Source of the DNA: an uncultured Pseudomonadota bacterium
Lineage (GTDB): Bacteria; Pseudomonadota; Alphaproteobacteria; Rhizobiales; Beijerinckiaceae
NCBI GenBank assembly: GCA_963809055.1
Contig: CAWEID010000021.1
Coordinates: 75,351 to 139,350 of the forward strand
DNA: 64,000 bases
Reading direction: 5' to 3'
The position numbers and the translations under genes are program-made. Positions 30,340 through 41,545 of this stretch are shown here, in pieces. Below the pieces are notes generated by a model. The model searched no databases. It was not told the origin of the DNA and worked only from the letters and a program-made list of their open reading frames with translations. Each line of letters begins with the position of its first letter. Within the stretch, counting starts at the first letter, position 1.

Positions 30340-31311
30340 ATGGCCAAAATAGCGATCCTCGACGACTGGCAGGACGTCGCCCGTGAAAGCGCAGACTGGT
30401 CGGCCCTGGCGGCTCGGGCCGAACTGACCTTTTTCGCCGATGCATTCGGCTCGCAAGACGAGGCCGCCGACGCCCTGGCCGATTTCGACATTCTACTGAC
30501 CATGCGGGAGCGTACAGCTTTCCCCGAGACCCTGATCCGGCGGCTGCCGAAGCTGCGCATGATCGGAATCACGGGAGCCTATAACGCGTCGCTCGACGTC
30601 GCCGCCTGCGAGCGGCAAGGCGTCACGGTGTGCAACACGGCGGGCGGCGGTCCGGGCGCTCCCTTCGCCACCGCCGAACTGGCGCTCGGCCTACTGATCG
30701 CAGCCGCCCGCGCGATCCCGGCCGCAGATGCGGCGCTGCGGGCCGGCGGCTTCCAACGCGGGGTGCCTGTGGGCAGAGGGCTCGCGGGCAAGACGCTCGG
30801 CGTCGTGGGCCTCGGCAGGCTCGGCGCCCGCATGGCCCGCTATGGCCTGGCGCTCGACATGAACGTGATCGCCTGGAGCCCGAACCTGACCGAAGCGAAA
30901 GCCCGAGAGGCCGGCGTCAAACGCGTGGGCAAACCAGATCTGTTTGCCGCTTCCGACGCCGTATCCGTGCATATGGTGCTCTCGCCCCGCAGCCGCGGGA
31001 TCATCGGCGCCGAGGACATTGGACGCATGAAGAACGGCGCGATATTGATCAATACGTCGCGCGGCCCCCTGATCGACGAGGCCGCGCTGATCGCCGCTGT
31101 TTCGGCCGGCAGGATCATTGCGGCGCTGGACGTCTACGACCAGGAGCCGCTGCCGCCGGATCACCCGTTTCGGGCTTCCAACCACACCGTGCTGACGCCG
31201 CACCTCGGCTATGGCGTGGCGGAGACCTGGCGGGACTTCTATCCCAAGTGCGTCGAGAACGCGTTGGCGTTTCTCGACGGCCGTCCGATCCGGGTCCTGC
31301 ATGCGCAATAA
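30340..31311 (+). CDS. D-2-hydroxyacid dehydrogenase family protein
   Basis: KIAILDDWQ, MRERT, GLGRLG, INTSRGP, ALDVYDQEPL, TPHLGY. Confidence 0.93.
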   Translation: MAKIAILDDWQDVARESADWSALAARAELTFFADAFGSQDEAADALADFDILLTMRERTAFPETLIRRLPKLRMIGITGAYNASLDVAACERQGVTVCNTAGGGPGAPFATAELALGLLIAAARAIPAADAALRAGGFQRGVPVGRGLAGKTLGVVGLGRLGARMARYGLALDMNVIAWSPNLTEAKAREAGVKRVGKPDLFAASDAVSVHMVLSPRSRGIIGAEDIGRMKNGAILINTSRGPLIDEAALIAAVSAGRIIAALDVYDQEPLPPDHPFRASNHTVLTPHLGYGVAETWRDFYPKCVENALAFLDGRPIRVLHAQ

Positions 31312-31647
31312 CGGCGTTTGTCAAAAGCGAGGTTCTATCTTGAGTTGCGGCCGCCGCCGTCCTCAACGTGTTCAAATTCGCGTCTGAATGGTCTGCGGTC
31401 CGGAGCGGGGTTCAGTCGCAACCGTCGGGTTCTTGCAATCTTGCGTTATTCGGTCGACCCGGGCGCAGCCGAGGCCGCCGTTCGCGACCCTATTCGGCGC
31501 ACCGTGACCCCGATTGCAAAGATCGCAGGCTTGCCGTGAAAGGATGGAAACAAATCGAAGGCCGTGCAAAATGCGCAACGCGCCGACCGCGATGCGAATC
31601 CCTAGTCGATCATCACAGAAAGACGCCCAACAGAAAGGCGAGGCTCC

Positions 31648-32436
31648 ATGTCCATGCAAGACCTGTTTTCCCTCCGGGGCCGCGTCGCCCTGATCACCGG
31701 CGGTTCGCGCGGCATCGGCGAGATGATCGCCGAAGGGTTCGTCCGAGCGGGCGCGAAGGTTTACATTTCGGCGCGAAAGGCCGCCGCCTGCAACGAGACA
31801 GCGGCGCGGCTATCCGCTTTGGGCGAATGCGTATCGATGCCCGCCGACGCCGCCGGGGCCGCGGGCGCTCAGGCGCTCGCCGCGCTCTATCTGTCGAAGG
31901 AGACCCATCTCGATATCCTCGTCAATAACGCCGGCGCCGCATGGGGCGCCGAGTTGGACAGCTTTCCCGAGGGCGGTTGGGACAAGGTGATGGACCTCAA
32001 CGTGAAGGCGCCGTTTTTCCTGACCCAGGCGCTGCTAGGCGCGTTGCGCGCTGCGGCCAGCCGGGGAAAACCTTCCAAGGTCATCAATATCGCCTCGATT
32101 GACGGGCTATCCGTCAACATGCAGCCGACCTATTCCTACGCGGCGTCCAAGGCCGGCCTCATCCATCTGACAAAGCGAATGGCGCTTGAACTGGCCCCGC
32201 AGAACGTCGTCGTCAGCGCGATCGCGCCGGGCGCCTTCGCTTCCAACATGAACAAGATCGCGCGCGACGAAAGCGAGAAGCTGGGCAAGGCGATCCCGGC
32301 CCGCCGCATTGGGACGCCCGAGGACATGGCCGGGGCCGCGATATTTCTGGCCTCGCGCGCCGGCGACTACGTCGTCGGCGATACGCTCGTGGTCGATGGC
32401 GGCGTCGCCTGGACGCGCGACGCCTTGATCGAATAA
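31648..32436 (+). CDS. Short-chain dehydrogenase/reductase (RhlG/FabG-like)
   Basis: TGGSRGIG, LVNNAG, NIASIDG, YAASK, APGAF. Confidence 0.92.
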   Translation: MSMQDLFSLRGRVALITGGSRGIGEMIAEGFVRAGAKVYISARKAAACNETAARLSALGECVSMPADAAGAAGAQALAALYLSKETHLDILVNNAGAAWGAELDSFPEGGWDKVMDLNVKAPFFLTQALLGALRAAASRGKPSKVINIASIDGLSVNMQPTYSYAASKAGLIHLTKRMALELAPQNVVVSAIAPGAFASNMNKIARDESEKLGKAIPARRIGTPEDMAGAAIFLASRAGDYVVGDTLVVDGGVAWTRDALIE

Positions 32437-32632
32437 CGGCGCAGTCGCCTTGCGCCGCCGGTGGAATAAGCCGCCGGCCCGCCTGGAGGCAAATTAACTT
32501 GAAGACGGCGCGCGCCCGCGCCTTGTGCGGACCGGCGCCCGCCCCGATAATGCCCATACAAGACGTTGGCCGATGGCTCAGGCTGGGCGGCGCCGTCGGC
32601 AGGGCTCACGCCAATTGCGAAAGAGATGAGGG

Positions 32633-33172
32633 ATGGCTTTGGATCTGGATCTTCGACAGCATATCCGCTCGATTCCCGGCTATCCGAAGCCGGGCGTGAT
32701 TTTTCGCGACATCACGACGCTGCTCGGCGACGCTCGCGCCTTCCGCCGCGCCATCGACGAACTCGTGCAGCCGTGGGCCGGCAAGAAGATCGACAAGATC
32801 GCCGGCATAGAAGCGCGAGGATTCATCCTGGGCGGCGCGGTCGCCCATCAGCTGTCGGCCGGCTTCGTGCCGATTCGCAAGAAGGGCAAGCTGCCGCATG
32901 CGAAGGTCAGCATCGCCTACAGCCTGGAATACGGGCTCGACGAAATGGAGATCCATGAGGACGCCGTGCACGCCGGGGAACGTGTGCTCCTTATCGATGA
33001 TCTGATCGCAACTGGCGGGACGGCAGAGGGAGCCACGAAGCTTCTGAAAGGCATCGGCGCCGAGCTCGTAGCCGCATGTTTCGTCGTCGACCTGCCGGAA
33101 CTGGGCGGCGCCGCGAAGCTCAGAAGCCTAGGCGTGCCGGTGCGGACGCTGATCGCGTTCGAGGGACATTAG
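32633..33172 (+). CDS. apt: Adenine phosphoribosyltransferase
   Basis: [43 protein letters not shown]. Confidence 0.97.
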   Translation: MALDLDLRQHIRSIPGYPKPGVIFRDITTLLGDARAFRRAIDELVQPWAGKKIDKIAGIEARGFILGGAVAHQLSAGFVPIRKKGKLPHAKVSIAYSLEYGLDEMEIHEDAVHAGERVLLIDDLIATGGTAEGATKLLKGIGAELVAACFVVDLPELGGAAKLRSLGVPVRTLIAFEGH

Positions 33173-33324
33173 AGCCTAAAACAAATGGCGCCGTCGATGA
33201 AAAACGCCTGCCTCGATTGGACGTCCGACCATAGACGAGTTTGAGCGGGCAGCCCTCGCGCGAGCGGCGCCGTTGGCCGTCGGAGGGCAGGGCGGATCTT
33301 CAGGGGCGAGAGAGGGAACGTAGC

Positions 33325-35374
33325 ATGCAATCGCGTTGGAACGACGCCGAAGCCGCTGCCGCGGTCGCGAAATACACCGGCGCCGGATATCCCGAAGATC
33401 TGGCGATCCGGGTCTATACGACGCGCCTGCTCGGTCAGGTTTCGAGCCTCGTGCTGCACGGGGGCGGGAATACGTCGGTCAAGACGAAGTGGCGAGACCT
33501 CGACGGGTCGCAGATCGATGTCCTGTGCGTGAAAGGCAGCGGCTGGGACATGGGCGCGATAGAGCCGCCGGGGCTGCCGGCGGTGCAACTCGCGCCATTG
33601 CAGGCGCTCGCGCGCTTCGACTCTCTCAGCGACGAGGAAATGGTCGCACAGGAGCGGCGCCTGCTGCTCGACCCCGCCGCGCCGACGCCCTCGGTCGAGG
33701 CCATTCTGCACGCCAATCTGCCGTTCAAACATGTCGACCACACCCACGCGAACGCCATCGTCTCGCTCACCAACCAGCCCCATGGCGAGGAGCTGATTCC
33801 GCGAGCTGTTCCCCGATGTGTTGGTCATCCCCTATGTCATGCCGGGCTTCGCCCTTGCGAAGGCCTGCGACGCAATGTTTCGGGCGGCTCCCACGCGGGC
33901 GGGCATGATCCTGCTGAAGCACGGCGCCTTTACGTTCTCGCAGGACCCGCGCGAATCCTACGAGGCGATGATCGCTATGATCGACAAGGCCGAGCGCCGG
34001 CTGGCGCGGGGCCGCGCGCATCCGTTCCGCGCCGCCGCCCTGCCGCCCAAGCTCGCCAGCGTCGCCGATGTCGCTCCGATCCTTCGCGGGGCGATCGCCC
34101 TGCCCGGAGACGTCGAAGGCGCGCCGAAGCGTTTCGTGCTCGAGCATCGGGCCACGCCCGCGGTGATGGAGTTCTGCGCCTCCGACAATCTCGCCAGCCT
34201 GGTTTCGCGGGGCAACGCGACGCCGGAGCACGTGATACATATCAAGCGAAAAGGGGTTGCGCTCCCGGCCCCCCGCGCCGACGACCTGGACGGCTTCGCC
34301 AAGGCGGTGCGAGCGGCCGTGGACGAATATGCCGCCGACTATGGCGCCTATTTCGAGCGCAACAACGCTCGCGTTGGCGGCGGCAAGACGATGCTCGATC
34401 CGATGCCCAGGGCCTTCTATGTGCCGGGCCTCGGGGTATTCGCGGCAGGCCCGACCGCCAAGCAGGCGCGCGTCGCCGCCGACGTCGTGGAAGCGACGAT
34501 CGACGTCATTTCTCGCGCCGAGGGGATCGACGCGTTCGAGCCTCTGAGCGAGGCGGATTTGTTCGACATCGAATATTGGTCGCTTGAACAGATCAAGTTG
34601 ACCAGGAATGTCGAGAAGCCGCTGACCCGCCAGGTCGCTGTCGTCACCGGCGCGGCGAGCGGTCTGGGTCTGGCGATCGCCGAGGCGATGCGCGCGGAAG
34701 GCGCGGAACTCGCGCTGATCGACGTTGCCGAGGAACCGCTCGCCAGGGCGGCTCGGCGTCTGGGCGGCTTGGCGGTTCCCTGCGACCTTACCGATCCGCA
34801 GGCCGTGGACGCCGCCTTCGCCAGGATCGTCGAGGCCTATGGCGGCGTCGACATCGTCGTCTCCAACGCGGGCGCGGCCTTTCAGGGGGCGATGGCGAGC
34901 GTCGAGGACGAGGTGATGCGCAGGGCTTTCGCGCTGAATTTCTGGGCGCATCATTACGTCTCCCGGGCCGCCGTCAAGGTCATGGAAGCGCAGCGAACCG
35001 GGGGCGCGCTGCTTTATAACGTCTCGAAGCAGGCGGTGAATCCGGGGCCGGATTTCGGTCCCTACGGGTGCTCCAAGGCGGCGCTGATGGCCTTGATGCG
35101 TCAATACGCGGTCGAGCACGGCGCCGCCGGCATCACCGCCAATGCGGTCAATGCGGATCGCATTCGCACCGGCCTGATGACCGACGCCATGGTCGCCGAG
35201 CGCTCGCGCGCTCGCGGCGTGAGCGAGGACGTTTACATGCGGGGAAATCTGGTGCATCGCGAGGTTCTCGCCAGCGACGTCGCCAACGCGTTCGTCCATC
35301 TCGCCAAGGCGAGGGTCAGCACGGGAGCGGTCATCACGGTCGACGGCGGGAATGTCGCCGCGATGATGCGCTGA
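33325..35374 (+). CDS. Bifunctional class II aldolase / short-chain dehydrogenase (RhaD/RhaEW-like), frameshift near 33800
   Basis: LVLHGGGNTSVK, VKGSG, PSVEAILH, DHTH, LLKHG, TPEHVI, IEYWSLEQ, then SDR motifs TGAASGLG and YGCSK. Removing one C near 33799 restores LIRELFPDV. Confidence 0.88.
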
Positions 35375-35933
35375 ATTCCGATTCCGCGTGCGTTTCGACG
35401 TCGGCTGGGGCCCGGTCGCGGCCCCCACAGAGTCCCAAATTCGTCCGTATCTGGAGGGTCCCTCCGTAAGGGCGGTCGGAACTCCCGCAGTGATCGGCAT
35501 GGACGGCGCCGCTTCGTCGGCGACGGGACTTATCGAGGGTCCCGCCCGCCTTTACCCCGCGGGTTCGACGATTCCACGCCCGGCGGCCTTTACAACTGAG
35601 CTTTTGCCGATTTTCTGCAACATCCGACCGCCGGCCTACCAGAGCTGCGAAATCCAAGACGTGCGAAGACGGCAAATGCCGGACTTATCAATTTCTGCGC
35701 CGGAAGGCGCTGGCGGGCCGGGGAAAACGAAATGGAGACCTTTTCGCGGCGGACCGTGAGCCGGACGCTCTGTTCAAAACCATTGAGTTGGCGGTCATCC
35801 GGCGCCGTGCAGGCGGATTGCGGTCGAAATCTGAGGCGCGATCGAAATACGAAATGGCCGCGTCGCGCCCAAAGTCGCCGTTGCATGTGTCTTGGGCAGT
35901 GCCCCGAAGCAGACAATTTTTGAGACGAGCAGA

Positions 35934-37130
35934 TCACTCCGCTGCGACGGTGTTCGCCGCAGGCGCGGGCGACGAAAGAGCCTTGAAAGTCAATGCGCAG
36001 GCGAACACGAGAGCGCCGAAACCGGCTGTTGCGGCGAGGACGGTCGGAAATCCGCCGTGAGCATGCAGAGCGGCGATCAAGGGCGCGGCGAAGCCGCTCG
36101 CGGTGAAGCCAAGGAAATAGCGAACGCTGAACGCCTTGGCTCGGAATTCCGCCGGCACATATCGCGCCACCATCGCGTCATTGACTACGACCTGCCCGTA
36201 TATCGCCGCCGTGACAAGGACGAGGCCAAAAAGCAACGGTGCGCCAGTCGAAATCGCGGCAAAGCCCAGGCCTGTCGGTTGCAGCGCCGCCAGAGCGACG
36301 AAGATGTTCGGCAGAGGAAATCTGTCGAGCAGGCGTCCGACGGTCAATTGCGTCAACGCGCCAAGAATGAACACGCCTGTAGCCAGCATCCCAGTCACCG
36401 CAAGCGAGAGGTTCAGACCCATGCGCTCATCGATGACCTTTGGCATGGCGATTGTCGTCACGTTGAAGGTCATTCCGCCCGCGATGATGGCCACTGCGAA
36501 AACCGCCAGCAAGGCGATCGGGCGCGACACGGCGCTCGCGTGCGACGCGCTCTTCCCTTTGGTTGCAGGGTCGCCATCGCCGGGAACCATCCAAAGGAAC
36601 GCCAAGCCGCACAGGATGCAGATTGTTCCCGGTAGAGCAAACGCGATACGCCAGCCGAAATAAGCCGTCAGACCCGCGGTGACCGCCGATGCCGCCGCCG
36701 CGCCCAGATTGCCCCATACGCCATTCCAGCCGAGATCGCGCCCGAGTTGGCGGGCATGTGTAACAAGCATTGCGGAGCCAATCGGGTGGTAGATCGCGGA
36801 AAAGACGCCGAGCGTGAGCAAGCACCCCGCCAAAGCCCATGAGGTGCTTGCCTGCGTCATGGCGAGGCACGATGCGCCATAGCCGAGAAAGAACACTCCC
36901 AGCATGTTTCGGCGGCCCAGGCGATCCGCAATCCAGCCCATGGGAAGGGAACACAAGCCGAAAGCGACAAAGGCGCCCGTCGCAAGGCGGATAAGGTCGG
37001 AATAGTCGAGGCCGCGCTCCGCCGCGATCGCGATCACGGCGGTCGGATAAATCAAAAGTACAAAGTGATCGAAGGCGTGGGCGATGTTGACGAAAAGGAT
37101 AGTCCGGCGCGAGAGAGAGGCGGCATCCAT
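35934..37130 (-). CDS. MFS transporter
   Basis: AHAFDH, GWIADRLGRR, AIYHPIG, GVWGNLG; about 12 TM segments. Confidence 0.9.
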   Translation of the reverse strand: MDAASLSRRTILFVNIAHAFDHFVLLIYPTAVIAIAAERGLDYSDLIRLATGAFVAFGLCSLPMGWIADRLGRRNMLGVFFLGYGASCLAMTQASTSWALAGCLLTLGVFSAIYHPIGSAMLVTHARQLGRDLGWNGVWGNLGAAAASAVTAGLTAYFGWRIAFALPGTICILCGLAFLWMVPGDGDPATKGKSASHASAVSRPIALLAVFAVAIIAGGMTFNVTTIAMPKVIDERMGLNLSLAVTGMLATGVFILGALTQLTVGRLLDRFPLPNIFVALAALQPTGLGFAAISTGAPLLFGLVLVTAAIYGQVVVNDAMVARYVPAEFRAKAFSVRYFLGFTASGFAAPLIAALHAHGGFPTVLAATAGFGALVFACALTFKALSSPAPAANTVAAE

Positions 37131-37221
37131 GGCGAAACTCCGACTTAGGAGCTCAGCCTAACTTTGACCCACTCTAACTGTCAGGCCATAATAGGAATAG
37201 AATGGGCCAAAAACGAGAATA

Positions 37222-37971
37222 TTGGCGATGCGATCGACCGATGCCGCCGACTATCAGGACATTCCGCGACCGTTGTCGGTTATGCCCAAAAGCTTTCCCA
37301 ATGGCGCCTCCACGGGCTGGCATAGCCATGTGAGGGGGCAGGTGCTTTATTCCACGCAGGGCCTGATGCTCGCCGAAACCGAGGCCGGGGCATGGGCGGT
37401 GCCTATGGGCCACGCCTTGCTGATACCGCCCGGAGTGCATCATGACATCTCCATGCACGGCGAAGTGCGGATGCTCACGGCCTATGTCGCCTCGGATATG
37501 TGGAAGTTGGTAGCGGGCTCTGCTTGTCGCGTGATCAAGGCGTCACGCCTTTTCGACGCCGCCCTTGCCGCGTTGTGCGAGGAGCCGGTGCTTTATGAAC
37601 TCGAAGGGCGGGGCGCCCATTTGTCGTCCGTCATCCTCGATGAAGTGATGCGCGCCGAGATTGCTGAACTCGCGCTGCCCTTGCCGAGGACCCACAGGCT
37701 GCGTGAGGTCTGTCGAAAGCTTATTGAAAATCCGGCGTTGTCGGGTGGACTGGATGATTGGGCCGAAGCCATCGCGACAAGCCGACGGACTTTAACCAGG
37801 ACCTTTCGCGAAGAAACGGGAATGAGCTTTTCAGCTTGGAAGCGGCGACTCCGCCAATTGCAAAGCCTCAAGTTGCGCGAGGAAGGGATGCCACTGAAGT
37901 CTATTGCCTCGCGAGTTGGTTATCAAAGTCCGCAGGCGCTGAGGGCGATGTTGAAACGCCGACCCAACTAG
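37222..37971 (+). CDS. AraC-family regulator with N-terminal cupin domain
   Basis: WHSHVRGQVLY cupin, SRRTLTRTFREETGMSF and VGYQS HTH segments; divergent from the MFS gene. Confidence 0.92.
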   Translation: MAMRSTDAADYQDIPRPLSVMPKSFPNGASTGWHSHVRGQVLYSTQGLMLAETEAGAWAVPMGHALLIPPGVHHDISMHGEVRMLTAYVASDMWKLVAGSACRVIKASRLFDAALAALCEEPVLYELEGRGAHLSSVILDEVMRAEIAELALPLPRTHRLREVCRKLIENPALSGGLDDWAEAIATSRRTLTRTFREETGMSFSAWKRRLRQLQSLKLREEGMPLKSIASRVGYQSPQALRAMLKRRPN

Positions 37972-38305
37972 ATACGTTTGGACGCGGCGAACGCACGCTC
38001 TTGCGATGGCTTTAAACAGATGGCGAACCGATGATTCTTCTATGCGAGATCGCGGGAGCCTCATCGAAAGTCGGACTTACGAGCGCGACCGCCACATACC
38101 AGCCCGTCCGCCCTCGGCCACAGTGACTCGCTTGCGGAACCGATGGATCTGATGTCAGCCTCGCGTTGACGGCCATTCGTTCATGGGGTGGATTTGCCAA
38201 TCAAACGTGCCGGCCCGCTCCTCGAAGGCAAGTGGATTACGAAGTTTTCATTTCGTCCCGAGTGGGAAGTGGAAATTCTAATATAAATCAAATCTTTAAG
38301 CTAAA

Positions 38306-38382
38306 TGGCGCGCCCGGAAGGGTTCGAACCTCCAACCCTCGGTTTCGAAGACCGATACTCTATCCAGTTGAGCTACGGGCGC
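38306..38382 (-). tRNA. tRNA-Arg, anticodon UCG
   Basis: GCGCCCGTAGCTCAACTGGATAGAGTATCGGTCTTCGAAACCGAGGGTTGGAGGTTCGAACCCTTCCGGGCGCGCCA: 7-bp acceptor stem, A20, anticodon stem TCGGT/ACCGA, loop CT-TCG-AA, TTCGA T-loop, encoded CCA; 77 nt. Confidence 0.95.
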
Positions 38383-38524
38383 GTCGGCGCCCTCCTAGCA
38401 TGGGAAATCCGCGGCTTGAAGAGCGAAGCGGCGTTTCGTTGCGTTGGCGGGGGAATGGACGCATATTGCCGCCGAATTCCGGGCGGCGGCGCCGCCCCGG
38501 GCGTGCTTGGACGGGGAAACGACG

Positions 38525-40354
38525 ATGAAGGATAAGGGCGGAGCGTCGAAAAAGGGATCGGACGGCAAGGGCGGCAAGCGCAAGCTGCGCTCGAGCCTTT
38601 GGTTCAACAATCCCGACAATCCCGGAATGACGGCGCTCTATATCGAGCGCTACCTCAATTTCGGCCTGACCCCGGCCGAACTGCGTTCGGGCAAGCCGAT
38701 CATCGGCATCGCCCAGACCGGTTCCGACCTCTCCCCCTGCAACCGCCACCATATCGAGCTCGCCAAGCGGGTTCGCGACGGCATCATCGCGGCGGGCGGC
38801 GTGCCGTTCGAATTCCCGGTCCATCCGATCCAGGAGACCGGCAAGCGGCCGACCGCCGCGCTCGACCGCAATCTCGCCTATCTCGGCCTCGTCGAGGTGC
38901 TCTACGGCTATTTCATCGACGGCGTCGTGCTGACGACCGGCTGCGACAAGACCACCCCGGCCTGCATCATGGCCGCCGCGACCGTCAACCTCCCCGCGAT
39001 CGTGCTCTCCGGCGGGCCGATGAACAACGGCTGGCATCATGGCGAGCGGACCGGTTCGGGCACCGTCGTCTGGAAGGCGCGCGCCGAACTCGCCGAGGGC
39101 AAGATCGACTATGAGCAGTTCATGGAGATCGTGACCTCCTCGGCGCCCTCGGTCGGACATTGCAATACGATGGGCACGGCCTCGACGATGAATGCGCTCG
39201 CCGAGGCGCTGGGCATGAGCCTGCCGGGCTGCGCGGCGATTCCCGCCCCGCATCGCGAGCGCGGCCAGATCGCCTACGAGACCGGCAAGCGGATCGTCGA
39301 AATGGTCTGGGAGGACCTGAAGCCCTCCGACATTCTCACCCGCAAGGCGTTCGAGAACACGATCGTCGTGAACAGCGCGATCGGCGGCTCGACCAACGCG
39401 CCGATCCACATCAACGCGATCGCCCGGCATATCGGCGTCAAGCTCGACATCGAGGACTGGGAGAAAGTCGGCCATAAGGTGCCGTTGCTGGTCAACATGC
39501 AGCCGGCCGGCAAATATCTGGGCGAGGAATTCCACCGCGCCGGCGGCGTGCCCGCGGTCGTGCACGAATTGATGAAGAAGAAACTCATCCACGAGAATGC
39601 GATCACCGTGAACGGCAAGACCATCGGCGAGAATTGCAAGCATGCGAAGGTCGACGATCACGACGTGATCTATCCGATCGAAAAGCCGATGAAGGAGGAC
39701 GCCGGCTTCATCGTGCTGCATGGCAACCTGTTTGACAACGCCGTCATGAAGACGAGCGTGATCGACGCCGAATTCCGCAAGCGCTACCTCTCCAATCCCA
39801 AGGACCCCGAGGCGTTCGAGGGTCGCGCGATCGTGTTCGACGGGCCGGAGGACTATCACCATCGGATCGAAGACCCGAAGCTGAAGATCGACGAGAAGTG
39901 CATGCTGTTCATCCGCGGCACGGGGCCGATCGGCTATCCCGGCGGCGCGGAAGTCGTGAACATGCAGCCGCCGGCGGCGCTCATCAAGAAAGGCGTCAAC
40001 GCGCTGCCCTGCATCGGCGACGGGCGCCAGTCCGGCACCTCGGGCTCGCCCTCGATCCTCAACGCTTCGCCGGAGGCGGCGGCGGGCGGCGGCCTCGCTT
40101 TGCTGAAGACCGGGGACAAGGTGCGCATCGATCTCAAGAAGCGCACCGCCAATATCCTGATCTCGGACGCCGAACTCGCCGAGCGCCGCGCCGCGCTGCA
40201 AAAGCATCCCTACCATTTCCCGGCCAGCCAGACGCCCTGGCAGCAGATCCAGCGCGAAATGGTCGCCCAATTCGACGAGGGCATGGTGCTCAAGCCCGCG
40301 GTGAAGTTCCAGAAGCTCGCGCAGACCGCGGGGGTGCCGAGGGACAACCATTGA
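38525..40354 (+). CDS. IlvD/Edd-family sugar-acid dehydratase (xylonate dehydratase-like)
   Basis: [61 protein letters not shown]; ends PRDNH. Confidence 0.93.
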   Translation: MKDKGGASKKGSDGKGGKRKLRSSLWFNNPDNPGMTALYIERYLNFGLTPAELRSGKPIIGIAQTGSDLSPCNRHHIELAKRVRDGIIAAGGVPFEFPVHPIQETGKRPTAALDRNLAYLGLVEVLYGYFIDGVVLTTGCDKTTPACIMAAATVNLPAIVLSGGPMNNGWHHGERTGSGTVVWKARAELAEGKIDYEQFMEIVTSSAPSVGHCNTMGTASTMNALAEALGMSLPGCAAIPAPHRERGQIAYETGKRIVEMVWEDLKPSDILTRKAFENTIVVNSAIGGSTNAPIHINAIARHIGVKLDIEDWEKVGHKVPLLVNMQPAGKYLGEEFHRAGGVPAVVHELMKKKLIHENAITVNGKTIGENCKHAKVDDHDVIYPIEKPMKEDAGFIVLHGNLFDNAVMKTSVIDAEFRKRYLSNPKDPEAFEGRAIVFDGPEDYHHRIEDPKLKIDEKCMLFIRGTGPIGYPGGAEVVNMQPPAALIKKGVNALPCIGDGRQSGTSGSPSILNASPEAAAGGGLALLKTGDKVRIDLKKRTANILISDAELAERRAALQKHPYHFPASQTPWQQIQREMVAQFDEGMVLKPAVKFQKLAQTAGVPRDNH

Positions 40355-40714
40355 TGACTGTCGTCCGGACGGACACAGGCTGTCGCGCCATGTATTTTCG
40401 GACCCGGCGATGAGTGCGGCTGTCGAAGTGCCCGAAGTTGGCGCGTTCGCAGCTGAGCGCGCCGGCTTCAGGGAATCCGGGGCGGCCGGCGCCGCGATTT
40501 CCTGCTTCTCAAAGCAAACAGGAAAAGCGCGCGCGGGCTGAGCCGGCTCGCGGACGAGCCCGACGCAAGGGTCGGATCATGACGAAGTATGAGAACGACG
40601 AATTGTGGGGGCGATGACCGGGCGCCGTCCCGGCGATTGCAATCTCGGCGAAAATTCAGCATCGCTTCGCGGGCCCGTCCCAAGGGCTTATCGCGCCTGC
40701 CAACGGAACGCAAC

Positions 40715-41410
40715 ATGAGCCAGCAACCCATCGGGCCCCTAGTCGAAGTCCATCCGGCCAAACGGCCAGAGCGCACGGTGATGAAAGGGCGCGCGGTGAC
40801 GTTGGTTCCGCTCGACGCCGAAGCGCATGGCGACGCTCTCTTCGAGGGCGCGAACGGGGGCGACAAGGATCGCCTCTGGACCTATCTGTTCGACGGCCCT
40901 TACACCGACCGCGCGCTGTTCAAGGCCGGTCTCGCCGACAAGGCGCGCTCGAACGACCCGCTGTTCTTCGCCATCCTCGACAATGCGAGCGGCCGCGCTG
41001 TCGGGTATCAGACCTTCCTGCGCATCGAACCCGTCCATCGCGTGATCGAGATCGGCAACATCCTCTACTCTCCGGCGATGCAACGCACGATCGGCGCAAC
41101 CGAGGCGCAATATCTGTTCGCGCGCTACGTCTTCGACGACCTCGGCTATCGCCGCTATGAATGGAAGTGCAACAATCTGAATGCGCCCTCCAAGAGCGCC
41201 GCGGAGCGGCTCGGTTTCACGTTCGAAGGCGTGTTCCGCCAGCACATGATCGTCAAGGGCCGCAATCGCGATACCGCCTGGTACTCGATGCTCGACAGCG
41301 AATGGCCGGCCTGCCGGAGCGCTTTCGAGCGTTGGCTCGACCCTTCCAATTTCGACGCGGCGGGACGCCAGAAGGCCTCGCTGGCGGCGCTGCGCGCTAT
41401 CGCAGATTGA
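40715..41410 (+). CDS. GNAT N-acetyltransferase (RimJ/RimL-like)
   Basis: LWTYL, IEIGNI, LGYRRYEWKC, AAERLGFTFEGVFRQH, GRNRDTAWYS. Confidence 0.92.
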   Translation: MSQQPIGPLVEVHPAKRPERTVMKGRAVTLVPLDAEAHGDALFEGANGGDKDRLWTYLFDGPYTDRALFKAGLADKARSNDPLFFAILDNASGRAVGYQTFLRIEPVHRVIEIGNILYSPAMQRTIGATEAQYLFARYVFDDLGYRRYEWKCNNLNAPSKSAAERLGFTFEGVFRQHMIVKGRNRDTAWYSMLDSEWPACRSAFERWLDPSNFDAAGRQKASLAALRAIAD

Positions 41411-41453
41411 CGGCGCAGGTGTCGCAATATTTCATTAGGGTCAATAATTAGGG

Positions 41454-41468
41454 TTAAGTGCGCATTAA
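41454..41468. promoter_or_regulatory. CtrA box upstream of the outer-membrane protein gene
   Basis: Exact TTAA-GTGCGCA-TTAA about 80 nt upstream of the ATG, with a GC-rich spacer. Confidence 0.65.
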
Positions 41469-41545
41469 GCACTTGCTGGCATTTTCCCGTTCGTTGACGC
41501 AGCCCGCCCGCACTCGGGGCATGGGTCTAACGAAGGGAAAGTATC

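Noticed and set aside
35696-35707. Possible att duplication of the tRNA-Arg 3' end
   Set aside because: Only about 11 nt with a gap; too weak to call an att site in GC-rich DNA.
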